The notes beneath the pieces were generated by a model, which saw only the letters and a list, made by a program, of their open reading frames with translations, made no database searches and was not told the origin of the DNA. This document shows positions 46,141 to 58,675 of a DNA stretch of 64,000 nucleotides, piece by piece (positions within the stretch are counted from its first letter, which is position 1; each line of letters begins with the position of its first letter). The DNA is from Girardia tigrina. Its lineage: Eukaryota. A program made the translations under genes and the position numbers. Location: contig MQRK01241356.1 in NCBI GenBank assembly GCA_001938485.1, positions 43,554 to 107,553 of the forward strand, in the 5' to 3' direction.

Positions 46141-48080
46141 GTTGCGTTTTTATTTAAAAATAAAAGAACTTTTATGTTATAAAAATATATTTATATATCT
46201 ACAATTAATTACAAACTCAAATGAAAGAATAGTGTTTTACTTGGCCCATGCCGATTTTATATTAAACCCCGAGACCCTTAGAGACAATTCGGGTTGATTA
46301 AAGTTTTTGTAAGTTTTTCTGTCACACTTTACAGCATGTTTCTTTTTTTATATAAGGATATGATAATTTTAAATAATTACACTTTATATACTAATTATTC
46401 TTATGATTACTTTTGTTGCCTTTTCTCTTTTGAACACTATTTCAGTGTGATTGCTTGCAATTATACACTATTTCAGTGTGATTTAACAACTGATTATTCT
46501 CGATTTTGGCTTGTTTAAATACTATTGAAGAATAAACAGTTTATTCAAAGTCTCGACTTCCGTCATTCAAAACAAATAAACAATTATTACAAAGTCTCGA
46601 CTTCCGTCTTTCTAACCTCAAAAATAAACTCTCTCTAACTTTTAAACTTTAAAACTTAAATAACTTATCTTGACTTGTACTTGTTAATTAATAATGAATT
46701 TTATACTAGGTCTTTTATTAATTAATTAATTTTATTTTTTAATTTTAATTTATTATTTATCCTTTTCTTATAATTATTTATCTTTCTTTTCTCCTTCTAT
46801 TTATTCAAATTCTCTTAAATATTTTATTTATTTATATAAAAAATATAATTTTATATTTATTATCATAAATATTTCATCTATGAGAATATAATTTGTTTAA
46901 TAATATTTATTGATTTAAAACAAATACATATAAATTTTACGATAATACCTCAACAATATTCTATACATTTCCAACACGTAGTAAGACCTACGACTTTATC
47001 CAATCTATATACACATCCATTATATGTGAGTAGCTTTCTACTCCTTTGACCTTTAATGAATTGAATTGGCATTTCAAAAAATGTATATTTTTACATAAAG
47101 TAACATAATTATCATTTAATATATCTCAAAATAGTGATTCCTAGAAGAGCATTTTTATTTTACATATGTAAAATAAAATTTTTCATTTTTACTTCAATAA
47201 TTAGTTTTAAAAAATAACTTTTAGCAATATATTATCAATATTTTTATATATTTAAAAAATAATTGTTCCGAGTTTTTTGACAAAAAATGATACTATCAGA
47301 GAAATTACTGGTATGTCCAAGTTCCTAGATACTTAATATCATTTTTTTAAAATAATTATTTTTTACTATGACTTTCATCTTTTTTGGATTTTTAACATTG
47401 ACAAAGTTTCCTTTAAAATAACTAATTTTTATATAAATTTTAGAGTTTAGAATTCTTTTAAATAAAATAATATGAAGTGCCACAGTTAAAGCGAAATACC
47501 AATTTTTTTCTTCTTTTCAATTGAGTAAAGTATTTATTTGCTATTTCTATAATATCTTTTCGGCGAAATTTCTTTCAGCAAATTGGGGTGATATGGTAAA
47601 TTATGTACCTAACTCTTCTTCTCCCGCAAATACTTTAAATCCTATTGTGTTTAACCATTGTCGTCCATATTCATTATAATCATATTTCAGTATTTAAGAC
47701 ATTGGTTAGTATGTTCAACAAAAGGACCGAATATTCAGCCATTGTGAGAAAAAAAACGTTACTATTGTCACCGTGGGCTCCTGATTCCTGCTACATTTTC
47801 CCTAACGGTAAAATAAATTTATTTTTTCTAGCAAAATATTTTGAAAAATACAAAATTAAATATTTAAAAAATAATAAAATTTACATTTATTTAAACTACA
47901 AATTTATATTTACAATATATTTTCATATTATTGGTTTGAGCAAAAAATGAAAAAGTGTTCCTCATTAATTTATTTACACAAAACTTGTTTAAATATTTAG
48001 TTATATTGTTGATAGTAAATAAAAGTTTCAAAAATGTCTTAATCTGAGTTTTCAGCAGAATACAATCATGAATCCAACAA

Positions 48081-49766
48081 TATAACGGATAACATGAAAT
48101 AGTAGGTGGACATGAAATAGTAGGTGTAATGAAGTTTTCAAAAAATTTTCCACCTACTATTAAAATAGTAGGTGGAATCAAATAGTAGGTGTATCGTTTT
48201 TAAAGCAATTTATAAAAAAAATATTTTTAAAAATGAAAAAAGAACTTTATAAAAATTAAAAAATGTGTCATATAAATTTTAATTTGTTTTATTAATTGAA
48301 ATTACTAATTTCTATTTACATTTATACAAAGTAATTTTTAATATTTTTACATTTTTTAAATAATAGCCCAACGATGACAAAAAGAATGTTCAGTATAGCT
48401 TTCAAAAATGAAGTGGTAGCATTTATGGAAACTGGCAAAACGGCTTATGCTGCAGCGAAATACTTCTCCATGCGAGATAAAACGGAATATTCGAATACAG
48501 TATTTCAACAATGGTTTAAAAAAAAGGAAAGGATTAAGCAACAGCAACCGCATATGAAAAGAGTATCGGGTGCAGGTAGGAAAACATCTTTAGGTGTGCT
48601 TGAAGAAATTATTGCTGATGAAGTAATCGAACTTAGAATTATGAAAATTAAAGTAACAAGAACATTCATATCGGAAAGAGCTNNNNNNNNNNNNNNNNNN
48701 NNNNNNNNNNNNNNNNNNNNNNNNNNNNNNNNNNNNNNNNNNNNNNNNNNNNNNNNNNNNNNNNNNNNNNNNNNNNNNNNNNNNNNNNNNNNNNNNNNNN
48801 NNNNNNNNNNNNNNNNNNNNNNNNNNNNNNNNNNNNNNNNNNNNNNNNNNNNNNNNNNNNNNNNNNNNNNNNNNNNNNNNNNNNNNNNNNNNNNNNNNNN
48901 NNNNNNNNNNNNNNNNNNNNNNNNNNNNNNNNNNNNNNNNNNNNNNNNNNNNNNNNNNNNNNNNNNNNNNNNNNNNNNNNNNNNNNNNNNNNNNNNNNNN
49001 NNNNNNNNNNNNNNNNNNNNNNNNNNNNNNNNNNNNNNNNNNNNNNNNNNNNNNNNNNNNNNNNNNNNNNNNNNNNNNNNNNNNNNNNNNNNNNNNNNNN
49101 NNNNNNNNNNNNNNNNNNNNNNNNNNNNNNNNNNNNNNNNNNNNNNNNNNNNNNNNNNNNNNNNNNNNNNNNNNNNNNNNNNNNNNNNNNNNNNNNNNNN
49201 NNNNNNNNNNNNNNNNNNNNNNNNNNNNNNNNNNNNNNNNNNNNNNNNNNNNNNNNNNNNNNNNNNNNNNNNNNNNNNNNNNNNNNNNNNNNNNNNNNNN
49301 NNNNNNNNNNNNNNNNNNNNNNNNNNNNNNNNNNNNNNNNNNNNNNNNNNNNNNNNNNNNNNNNNNNNNNNNNNNNNNNNNNNNNNNNNNNNNNNNNNNN
49401 NNNNNNNNNNNNNNNNNNNNNNNNNNNNNNNNNNNNNNNNNNNNNNNNNNNNNNNNNNNNNNNNNNNNNNNNNNNNNNNNNNNNNNNNNNNNNNNNNNNN
49501 NNNNNNNNNNNNNNNNNNNNNNNNNNNNNNNNNNNNNNNNNNNNNNNNNNNNNNNNNNNNNNNNNNNNNNNNNNNNNNNNNNNNNNNNNNNNNNNNNNNN
49601 NNNNNNNNNNNNNNNNNNNNNNNNNNNNNNNNNNNNNNNNNNNNNNNNNNNNNTCAAAACAAAAGCACCAAATAGTAGGTGTAAACCAATATTGGGCGCC
49701 TTTTCAATTTTTTTCCACCTACTATTAAAATAGTAGGTGTCCTACTATTTCATGTTATCCGTTATA
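48081..49766 (+). mobile_element. pogo-family transposon (Brinker-like DBD + CENP-B HTH); centre lies in the N-gap 48683-49653
   Basis: TIRs TATAACGGATAACATGAAATAGTAGG / CCTACTATTTCATGTTATCCGTTATA; ORF at 48374 KRMFSIAFKNEVV...AAAKYF...GAGRK. Confidence 0.75.
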
Positions 49767-50556
49767 TTAATATAGTCACCGATGCAATCAGCGCTATGAT
49801 TCTCAGCACCAATAATTCTCATTTTTCAAAATCAAAAGTTCTTTAATTTTTAAAAGACGATGCACGTTCAAGTTTGATTCGACATGTAGCACTTTTAGTA
49901 AATATTTATCAAAGCTCACTCAATCAATTCAGACAACGATTAACACACGAAAATGCAGTATTTTATTTGATTACAAGATCATCAATTGTCTAAATCCGAT
50001 GCTTATAATTGATTCTGGTTGTCGTAGGTTTCGCTCATTATGATTTATTCTTCTTCGGTTAAGAAATAATAAAAGACACTTAATGCTCTAATAATACATC
50101 GACAATTGAATATTAATCAAAGTCATAGAGTTCTTCATCACTGAATTAACTAATTAAAAATTATTATAATATAGTATTATCACCTGAAAACAATTCTTCA
50201 TCAATATAACTATCGATAGTCCTGTTTCCTGAATTACATAATTCTTTATACAAACTCTCCAGTCGAGAACTGATCGCTCTTAAACTCCCATTCGTTATTT
50301 TAGCATATCTCTCACTAGTCCACTCATGAATCAAATTCCTAAAGTAATAATTTCTAATAGATGCTGCAGACATCAGTGACAGAAAAGCCAACTCAAATTA
50401 GTTAATAAAACTAAATAATTAATAAATTAAGTGAATTTAAAAAATCAGTATTTTGAAAACGATTTGAATTGAAGCAGACAATTTCAATAAAAGAATGATT
50501 AGATTTTTATTTAAATTACCATTAATAAAGTATAAAAATAACTTAATTATTATTAA

Positions 50557-50778
50557 CCCATTAATGCCGAGAATTATGTAAGAAGAATTATCTTGGTCAA
50601 GGTCAGCCGGCTACTGCGCATGCATGCCTGGTGACAGAGAAACAAAACATGTTCCGTATGTGTTCTGAACCTTCAGAGTACACACCTTATCAACGAAACA
50701 TAGCTAAATGCAATGTCTTTACTTTTACAGCCATTTTTTATTAGCTGGGCACGGATGTTCCCGTTCGGCGTTAATGGG
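50557..50778. mobile_element. piggyBac-type MITE
   Basis: TTAA-CCCATTAATGCCGA ... TCGGCGTTAATGGG-TTAA. Confidence 0.8.
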
Positions 50779-52575
50779 TTAAACATTAAAATATTCAAAA
50801 TTAAAGATTTTTACTTTCAAATATATTGTTTTGTTACAATTTATTTTGACGTATCAACCGCCATCGTCAGATCACAAATTTTGGTAGAAGTTGTTGAAAC
50901 TTTGTGATTAACTGAAAGTAAGTGTATAAAGTTATAACTAAATCAGAAAACATTCACTATTCAGATATTGAAAGAAAGATTGTTTCAATATTTAAAATCT
51001 CATTTAGGTAATTTTTCTTCGATTTAATTATTAACCGAGATATACTTTATGAATGATAAGACCGAATGCAAAAACGTAACAAGCAAATTAAAACAGTCGT
51101 AGCAAATATTTCAATAAGAGGACTCACAAACTCGCTAAGGCTGCAACATCTCTCTCAAACCCGCGCTTCCTGTTCATTAAACTTATTAGTATTTTATAAA
51201 CTTCCGATTGAACCGTCATTTCAGAGCAAGAATGTTTACACGGAAGAAAGAACGAGAATATTTTAATAATATGAGTGCTGATGACATAAAATTATTTCTA
51301 TAACTAAATATTATTGTATGTTTAATTAAAAAATATTATAAGCTATGTTTAATCAAAGCACTCTCCAACTCGCACAAAGTTCTCTCTCGAGCCCGTGCCT
51401 CATACACTCTACAAGCAGCGCCACCGCTTCCAAAGTATGCGACCTGAGGCGCCGTTCGACCAGCAAAGACTCCATCACCCATATCAATCTTCACACTGTT
51501 TCCTCTATGGCTTATTTTAGCTCACCTAGTTTGAGTTTCACCGCGTATTCCCGCAAGAACGTGAATCGATCGGCGAAAGAGACCTCAGGAAAAACGAGCC
51601 AGCTTAACTTATTGTAGAGGCGAAAGATACTGAAGTTATTGATTTTTTTTAATTATGGCTTCGTCGGCTACGTCTTCTGGTATGTCCATGATTCGAGCGG
51701 CCATGTACACGCTGACGCGGATTGCGTCTCATGAGTCTCAGACTTGGTGCATCCGTGTCGAGACAGAGTCATGTAGGTTTTGATAACCGCGTCGGCCACA
51801 TTGTTCCCGAACGACAGTTTTCCACATAAATAAACTCCTCGTACCTCGTGAAGTATTTCGCACACAAAAAAAACATTAATTCCACTTCGTATTTTTAGAG
51901 TAAAATCGATCAAAATATCGTAATAAAATCGTCGGTATTATCAAACTAAGTAAGTAAAATTATCGTCTAGTCTAATAAAATTGTCCATCTTATCAAAACT
52001 AAGTAAATAAAGTTGTTAACTAATTCGAATCAGTAAATTATTAAAACATCTATAGAATCATTTATTTCTAAAACCGTTAAAGAATTAAATAGGTCTAACT
52101 CGTACTATAGAAATAAAATGTATTTGTTTTATTATAACAATGGCATCTCGAGGTCGTGTTACGAATTCGAAGGTGTAATCGTTAATTTTTTGTAGGTCGA
52201 GATTCCCTTGACCTATCGTCAGATCGTTCGGCCAATACGGACTGGGGTTCCCATTTGATCGAGGATCATCCTAATGCGATCGACTCGGGCGAACGCCTCG
52301 AGGGAGATCGACATTACGTCGATGATCATCGGGACTATGTGGCCCCATTCTCCCTCCAACAGCTCTGGTGTTTGGGAATCCGGTTGGGACATTGCGGCAA
52401 AGGCTGACGACGGCGATGACGGGGCTAATTACTCTCTAATACTGAAAAGGTAATCTATTCTTATAATTGGTCAACTAGCGGTAAAAGTGATTAAATTTGT
52501 TAATAAAAATCATAAATAAAAATTCGTATTATAATTAAAAATATATATGCAAATCCAAATTTACATTTATAAAAG

Positions 52576-53602
52576 GATTTTTCGTGCAATATCAGTTCGG
52601 GTTCGGAGGAATGTTCGTCGGTGTCTTCCGGTTATTACAGAAATGGCTCTCCTATCGCTCGATCGCGTCGGTATCGGGTGATTGTCCTGGCGTCGAATGT
52701 TATTTTCGAAACAAGTCCTCGGCTCCTTGTTGCGGATGGTTCGTTCGTCGGTTCAAGCGCCTGTCGATCACTCTAATCTCGATTGATTTCCTCTGTGCTT
52801 TAAGTGCGTAAGAGCGTTAAAATTGTTGTCTTTAAAATTAATTTTGTTGTTGCTTGGCTGTAAATTTATTAGTGTCAATGTTCTGAAAATGGTTGTCACA
52901 TTTATAGGGCTGGAGAGACACCCCGTTATTCTTCATGGGCCAATCGACTTATGCCAGGTAAGTGTCTGGAGTTTTCTCATGAGTGGATTGGTCGATTCGG
53001 GTAAGTGTGTATAGATAAAAATTTTTAAAATTTGAAATTTTTTGTTTTATTATAGGAATCGGTGCTGGTGTGTTGTTGCATGCTCCAAAATTCTTGCAGT
53101 TTGTGTGCGGCCGCGTCACCAATGACTCAGGTGCCATTGTAAGCTGGTTGCTATTCTTGGAATTGCGGCTGACTCAGGGTAAGTTTTTTAATTGGGCTTT
53201 GTTCGCTTTAATTAATTTTCGTATTTTCACAGGATTATATCTCTTCAGAGGAGTGCATCCGGATCTCGTGGATTTGCTTCAAGGACTGCCCTCACAAGGA
53301 TCTATGCGGGGAGGGTCGGATGACATTCTAACTACAACGGGTCGTCTTGGAGGTAACTTTATCCATTTTAGGTTCACCTTTAATTAATTATTTCTCTTTC
53401 AGGGTTCCTAATGCTTCTCATGGATTTTCGAACGACATCGGCCACCTTCGGAACTACTTCTGGTCTCAATGTGATTTTGATTTTGAACTTAAATAAATGT
53501 ATTATGTTAGACTGGTGTTTCTTTTTTCTTTCTGGGTTAATATTTCTAGTAATAAATTTGCTAAAATTTTTATCTAACGGATTCGGGACCGCAACATTAT
53601 AG
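52576..53602 (+). CDS. Unknown compact spliced ORF; exons 52576-52803, 52908-53000, 53056-53178, 53233-53352, 53403-53602
   Basis: GC-rich blocks separated by 50-104 nt AT-rich GT-AG introns; exon lengths 228/93/123/120 are all multiples of 3 and open in phase 1; no recognised family. Confidence 0.4.
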
Positions 53603-53659
53603 TATATTTTCTCTGTTGGTGATTAATAAGGGTTGATACTTTTCGGACCGTAACACATT

Positions 53660-54817
53660 CTTTTGATAGTGCTCCGTTCTACAATTCCGTTTCCGCTCAG
53701 TCGGTTCACGCATCTGAATTTTGCCTGCACTCCCCATCAATCAAATAATTATTTGACCCCGCTTCCTCAGAAAGTACTAAAATTATCCAGTAATACCTCT
53801 TCTGTAGGTCCAAATTCGAATATATTACCAGATAATGCTTTACAAACCTCTCCCTCGTTTTCGGACTTAATTTCACGCCATATAATAAATTGCCCTGGGC
53901 CACAGTCTACTACCGTTAGGAATTTTTTTCCATTCATATGTGTGACATCTACTGCCAACCATTGCCACGTCTTCTTGGTGCCGGTTTTTCCTTTCTCCCA
54001 ACGAACAGGTGCTGGATCGATTGACGCGCACTGGTCGCATCCTTTCACAATTTATTTTACTTGTTCCTCTGATACTTTATTCGCCTACCACACTTTCCTT
54101 GCTAATAACATAGTGCGTTTTGTCCCAAGATGGTGGATTTCGTGCAACTTCTTTAAGCCATCATCGTTCTCTTGTTGCTCTCCTGATTCGATTACCGATG
54201 CTGCGATTGATTACCTTTTTACTGCTAACCAATTACTTGGTACACGAGTCAAAACGTCCGCCTTATTTTCTTCTGATCGAATGAGTCTAATTGATACTGT
54301 GATGCCCTCTTCCTGGACTACCAGCTTGAAAAGATTAATTCTACGCTTGATTAATAACTCACTGAGGGCCTGAGATTGAACTGGTTCTTCTCCGGACAAA
54401 GTTGCAGTGAGCCACTTGTATACTGTTGCTGAATTCGTAATTAAGCAGCTCTTGGGTCCGGCCGGAATGCAACTGATAATGCCACCTTGATTGCATCGTA
54501 GTTTTCTTGTTCTTGTAATGACAACCCTGCATATAGCTGGAACGCGCGGCCCTTCAAAAGAAGCGAGATCGCTCCTAATTTGTCGACTCCACAGATTGAG
54601 GCTGATGCTTCAAATTTCCGACACCACGTGCCGAAATTTCCATTTGAATCAAATGTGCGTACTGCGTTTGTAAATTTGATACTGCACATGCCGAGAGAGC
54701 TTGTTGTCTAAATCAGAAAAATAAATATGCGTCAAAAGTATTTATTTAAATCCAAACTCTCCATCGACAAACAATCGATCAAAACAAATGAATTAATAAT
54801 TAATTACAATTAATAAC
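53660..54817 (-). mobile_element. Internally deleted Ty3/Gypsy element (LTR remnant, gag, RNase H end, integrase)
   Basis: gag FDSNGNFGTWCRKFE...LLLKGRAFQLY; RSEENKADVLTRVP; HHLG...CDQCASIDPAP; WLAVDVTH...LTVVDCGP; LTR ends ...ACAACA at 54702. Confidence 0.8.
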
Positions 54818-55043
54818 GGTCTTTTGACACTTAACTGCATGACATTTAACCGCATCACACTTAGCCAGATCACATTTAGCCGCATCACACTTAATATAAT
54901 AAAATTTCAACAAAATTAAAAAATTAAAAAAAAATAAATAATCGAGAAAAACCGGTAAATTTTATTTATGTAAACATTTTAATATGTAAAAAATTAAAAA
55001 AATCATGTATTTGTTAATAAATGGTAATATTTTTGTTTAATTA

Positions 55044-56324
55044 TTAGGTCTATAACTTAGTTTTTTGAATTTTTTTTGCAGAACAGTCAAGTTTATTTAT
55101 ATGACATAATAAGTTTTATTCTAATCAAAATATTTTCCATCGTTAATTATGACTTTCGACCATCTTTCAGGCAAATTATGAATTCCATCGAAAAAAAGTT
55201 TTGGTCTTTTGATGCGATCCATTGTTCCAGCCATTTTTTTATATGTTCCTGGTTTCTGAAGTGCTCGTCCCGAAGAGCGCTTTGCATTGATCGGAACAGA
55301 TGATAATCTGATGGGGTACAATCTGGTGAATAGGCAACATGCGGTAGAATTTCCCAATTAAGTACTTCCAACGTGTTTTTTACTTGTTTTGCGACATGTT
55401 GCCGAGCATTGTCATGGACCAAAATCACTGTGCGCTGTTTGTTGGCTGGAATAGGACGTTTTTCTTTCAATGCATCGTTCAATTTCATTAACTGTTGTTG
55501 GTAACGTTCTACATTAACAGTTTCATTCGAATTCATCAGCTCATAGTATAGTATACCTTTCTGATCCCACCAAATGCACAACATAACCTTGCTTCCATGA
55601 ATGTTTCTTTTTGCTGTTGACGTGGACGGTTCGCCGGGATGAACCCACGATTTCTTGCGTTTAAAGTTAACATAATAAATCCATTTTTCATTTCCAGTCA
55701 CAATATTATGCAAAAACGACTATCTTCGTTGTCTTGTAAGCAATGAATTGAATATCAGTAATCGACTTTCAATGTTGGCTTGATTCAATTCATGTGGTAT
55801 CCATTTTCCTTATTTTTGAATCATTTTCATAGCATGTAGACGTTTACTTATGGTTGCTTGAGTAACTTTTAACTGTTTTGCAAGCTCTTTCTCTGTTTGA
55901 GTAGAATCTTCCTTCAGTAATGATTCCAAATCTTCATCTTCGAATCCTTTTGGTTGACCGGAACGCTCTTTGTCACTTACGTCGAANNNNNNNNNNNNNN
56001 NNNNNNNNNNNNNNNNNNNNNNNNNNNNNNNNNNNNNNNNACCATAAGTTTCTTCAAGAAGCCGAAAACTGTCTGCAGCTTTTTTCTTTTGATTAAAGCA
56101 AAACAGTAGTGCTTCCCGCAAATGCTGTTTTGTTGATATGAAAGTTGTCATGCTAAAACAAGATTAAAAATATGTTTATGACGCATTTAAGGTCAATGAC
56201 CAAATTAATTTTAATGCCTCGATTTCAGCACTTTAAAAATCTGTACGTACGACTGTAAAATAATGCTTATTACAAAGGTTACACCATCTCTTAGAAAATC
56301 CAAAAAACTAAGTTATACACCTAA
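55044..56324 (-). mobile_element. Mariner (Mos1/mauritiana-like) nested in the MULE
   Basis: TIRs TTAGGTCTATAACTTAGTTTTTTG / CAAAAAACTAAGTTATACACCTAA; WIPHEL, HDNARQH, YSPDCTPSDYHLF. Confidence 0.9.
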
Positions 56325-57015
56325 TAATACAATTATCCCACGTTTTTCAAGTATTTTTATTTTTTTTTACTTTACAAAAAGACAACAAAGTATGATTATA
56401 GATGTACAAGGATATAGGATCATTTATAATTTTTCTTATTATTTTTATCTTATGAATTTAATTATTGTAGATCCATTATATTTCTATGAACTTTACATTT
56501 GGAATAAGCACCAAAGGAAAGCAAACTCTAATATATCGAAATTTTGAATATAATAAAGAATGCGAAAACCAACATGGAACTATATCTTGGCGATGTAGGT
56601 ATTATTAATCTTTCCGATGTAAGGCACGTTTAACAATAGTCCGAGAAAATGAAGAAAATCATACACATTCTGGAAGTGGTGAAAGATACCTTTGTTCGTC
56701 GTGCAGTTCGTGAAATGAAACTTCTGATGAATAACACTTTAATGACTACCACGACAGCCATGACAAATGTTATTAGCAATTTGGAGGATAATGTATTGAT
56801 TGGATTGCCTAATCGGAGAGCTTTATCCCGAACTCTTTTGCGAAAAAAGCGCCGCTTATATAATTCAAATGACATCGTTCAAACACAAGCAATACCTTCA
56901 AATCGTGATTTTCTTATTCCTCAACAATTTAGCGAAATAATTCTTTATGATTCTGGACACGGCGAGGATAGAATCATTATCATTGTTTGTAAGATTCTTC
57001 TCGATGGACTTGTTG

Positions 57016-57262
57016 TGTAAACGAATGATTCTCTGACGTTTCCATCGATTTTGTTACAACAGAAGATCATTCCTTGAAACCTTTGAACAACAAACACAAA
57101 TCGAAATCGAGATTTATCTGTGCCGTTCTCTCTCTCGTATGTGATTTTTTGTTATATATGTTTATTTATATTCTGTACAAATAGAAATTTTATACATATT
57201 TATCTTTATTTTTTTACGTTAAAGGAGTTCATTGAAACACGTTTTCAGTTAGGTCTTTTACA
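57016..57262. mobile_element. Possible solo LTR inside the MULE
   Basis: TGTAAA...TTTACA termini interrupting the transposase; no TSD seen. Confidence 0.35.
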
Positions 57263-58458
57263 CTTACGTTCGATTGTTGCATGCAATTATTGAATTGATT
57301 CCATTGGCTTCTCAAAACATTTTAGTTGATTTTGAACAAGCAGCAATTAATACATTTAGCAATTCATTTCCAAATTCTTCGGTAACGGGTTGTTATTTTC
57401 ACTTATGTCAAAGTGTCTTAAGAAAAGTTAACGAACTGGGGTTAAAAGTTTTATATGAAACTAAGGATAATGAGAATATGCTAGATGTCTTCCAGCTCTT
57501 GTTTTTGTTCCATTAAATGATGTTGAAGAATCATTTGATATTCTAGCTGAATTTCAGCCACCAGGAATCGAAAATTTAGATGAATTAACAACATTTTTCA
57601 AGCATACATATATTCGTGGCAGAAGAAATCGAATGAATGGTGTATATTTTACACATCCGCATTTTAATAAAGAGGAATGGAATCAAAATTTAGCTGGAAT
57701 TTCTGGAATTGCTAGAACAACAAATTCTGTCGAAGGCTGCCACTATGCGCTGCAATCGTTATTTTCTTGTCATCAACCAACATTATGTAAATTTTTAGAA
57801 GGAATAAGTAAAGACATGCAAAAATAAAAAAACATGTTTTTTACAAGATGCCACAGGAGTAATTCAAATTTCGACCAAAAATATCGAGTATTAAATGATA
57901 GAGTTTCAAGAGTAGTGTCAAATTATGGACGAACAAGCGTACTGATTTATCTTAGATCAATTGCATATCTGTCTTACTCTTAAATAAAATTTACCTTATT
58001 TCTGATGTTTTGTATTAATGTGATATTATATTTGTTATACAAAATTTAGCTGATTTTGAACAAGCAGCAATTAATACATTTAGCAATTCATTTCCAAATT
58101 CTTCGGTAACGGGTTGTTATTTTCACTTATGTCAAAGTGTCTTAAGAAAAGTTAACGAACTGGGGTTAAAAGTTTTATATTTGTATTAATGTGATATTAT
58201 ATTTGTTATACAAAATTTGTATAAAATTTGTATGTAAATATGATGCAGTTAAGTGTGACCTGGTTAAGTGTGATGCGGTTAAATGTGATGCGGTTAAGTG
58301 TGATGTGGTTAAGTGTATACACACCTTAATAACATAAAGAAATATGATAAATGCATTATTTAAACAAAATAGTGATTGTAGTGACTGTAGTCATTGTTTT
58401 TTTCGAAATTCTTTGTTTTTATTTTATTTTCCGTTTTCATTAAGTTATAAACAAATAA

Positions 58459-58675
58459 CCGGAGTTTTCCGTATTAAAGTCACCATAACTATTTATAAAT
58501 ATTATTATTATTTGTGACAAAAATCAAGAGACTTCATAAAAATTGATGACAACGTTGGGGTTTATGATGAACTCGTTGCGACTTGATCTTTTTGAATGAA
58601 CCAGAGTTTGTCATATGAAAGCCGCCAATTTATCAAATATATTTTGTGGGGAGAATTTTATACGGAAAATTCCGG
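58459..58675. mobile_element. MITE
   Basis: CCGGAGTTTTCCGTAT ... ATACGGAAAATTCCGG inverted termini. Confidence 0.6.

Larger units (their letters stand above)
54818..58325 (+). mobile_element. MULE with 15-bp subterminal repeats and an 8-bp TSD (TTAATAAC)
   Basis: CACTTAACCGCATCA arrays inverted at the ends; ISWRC, YDSG, DFEQAAIN, GCYFHLCQS, RTTNSVEG. Confidence 0.85.
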
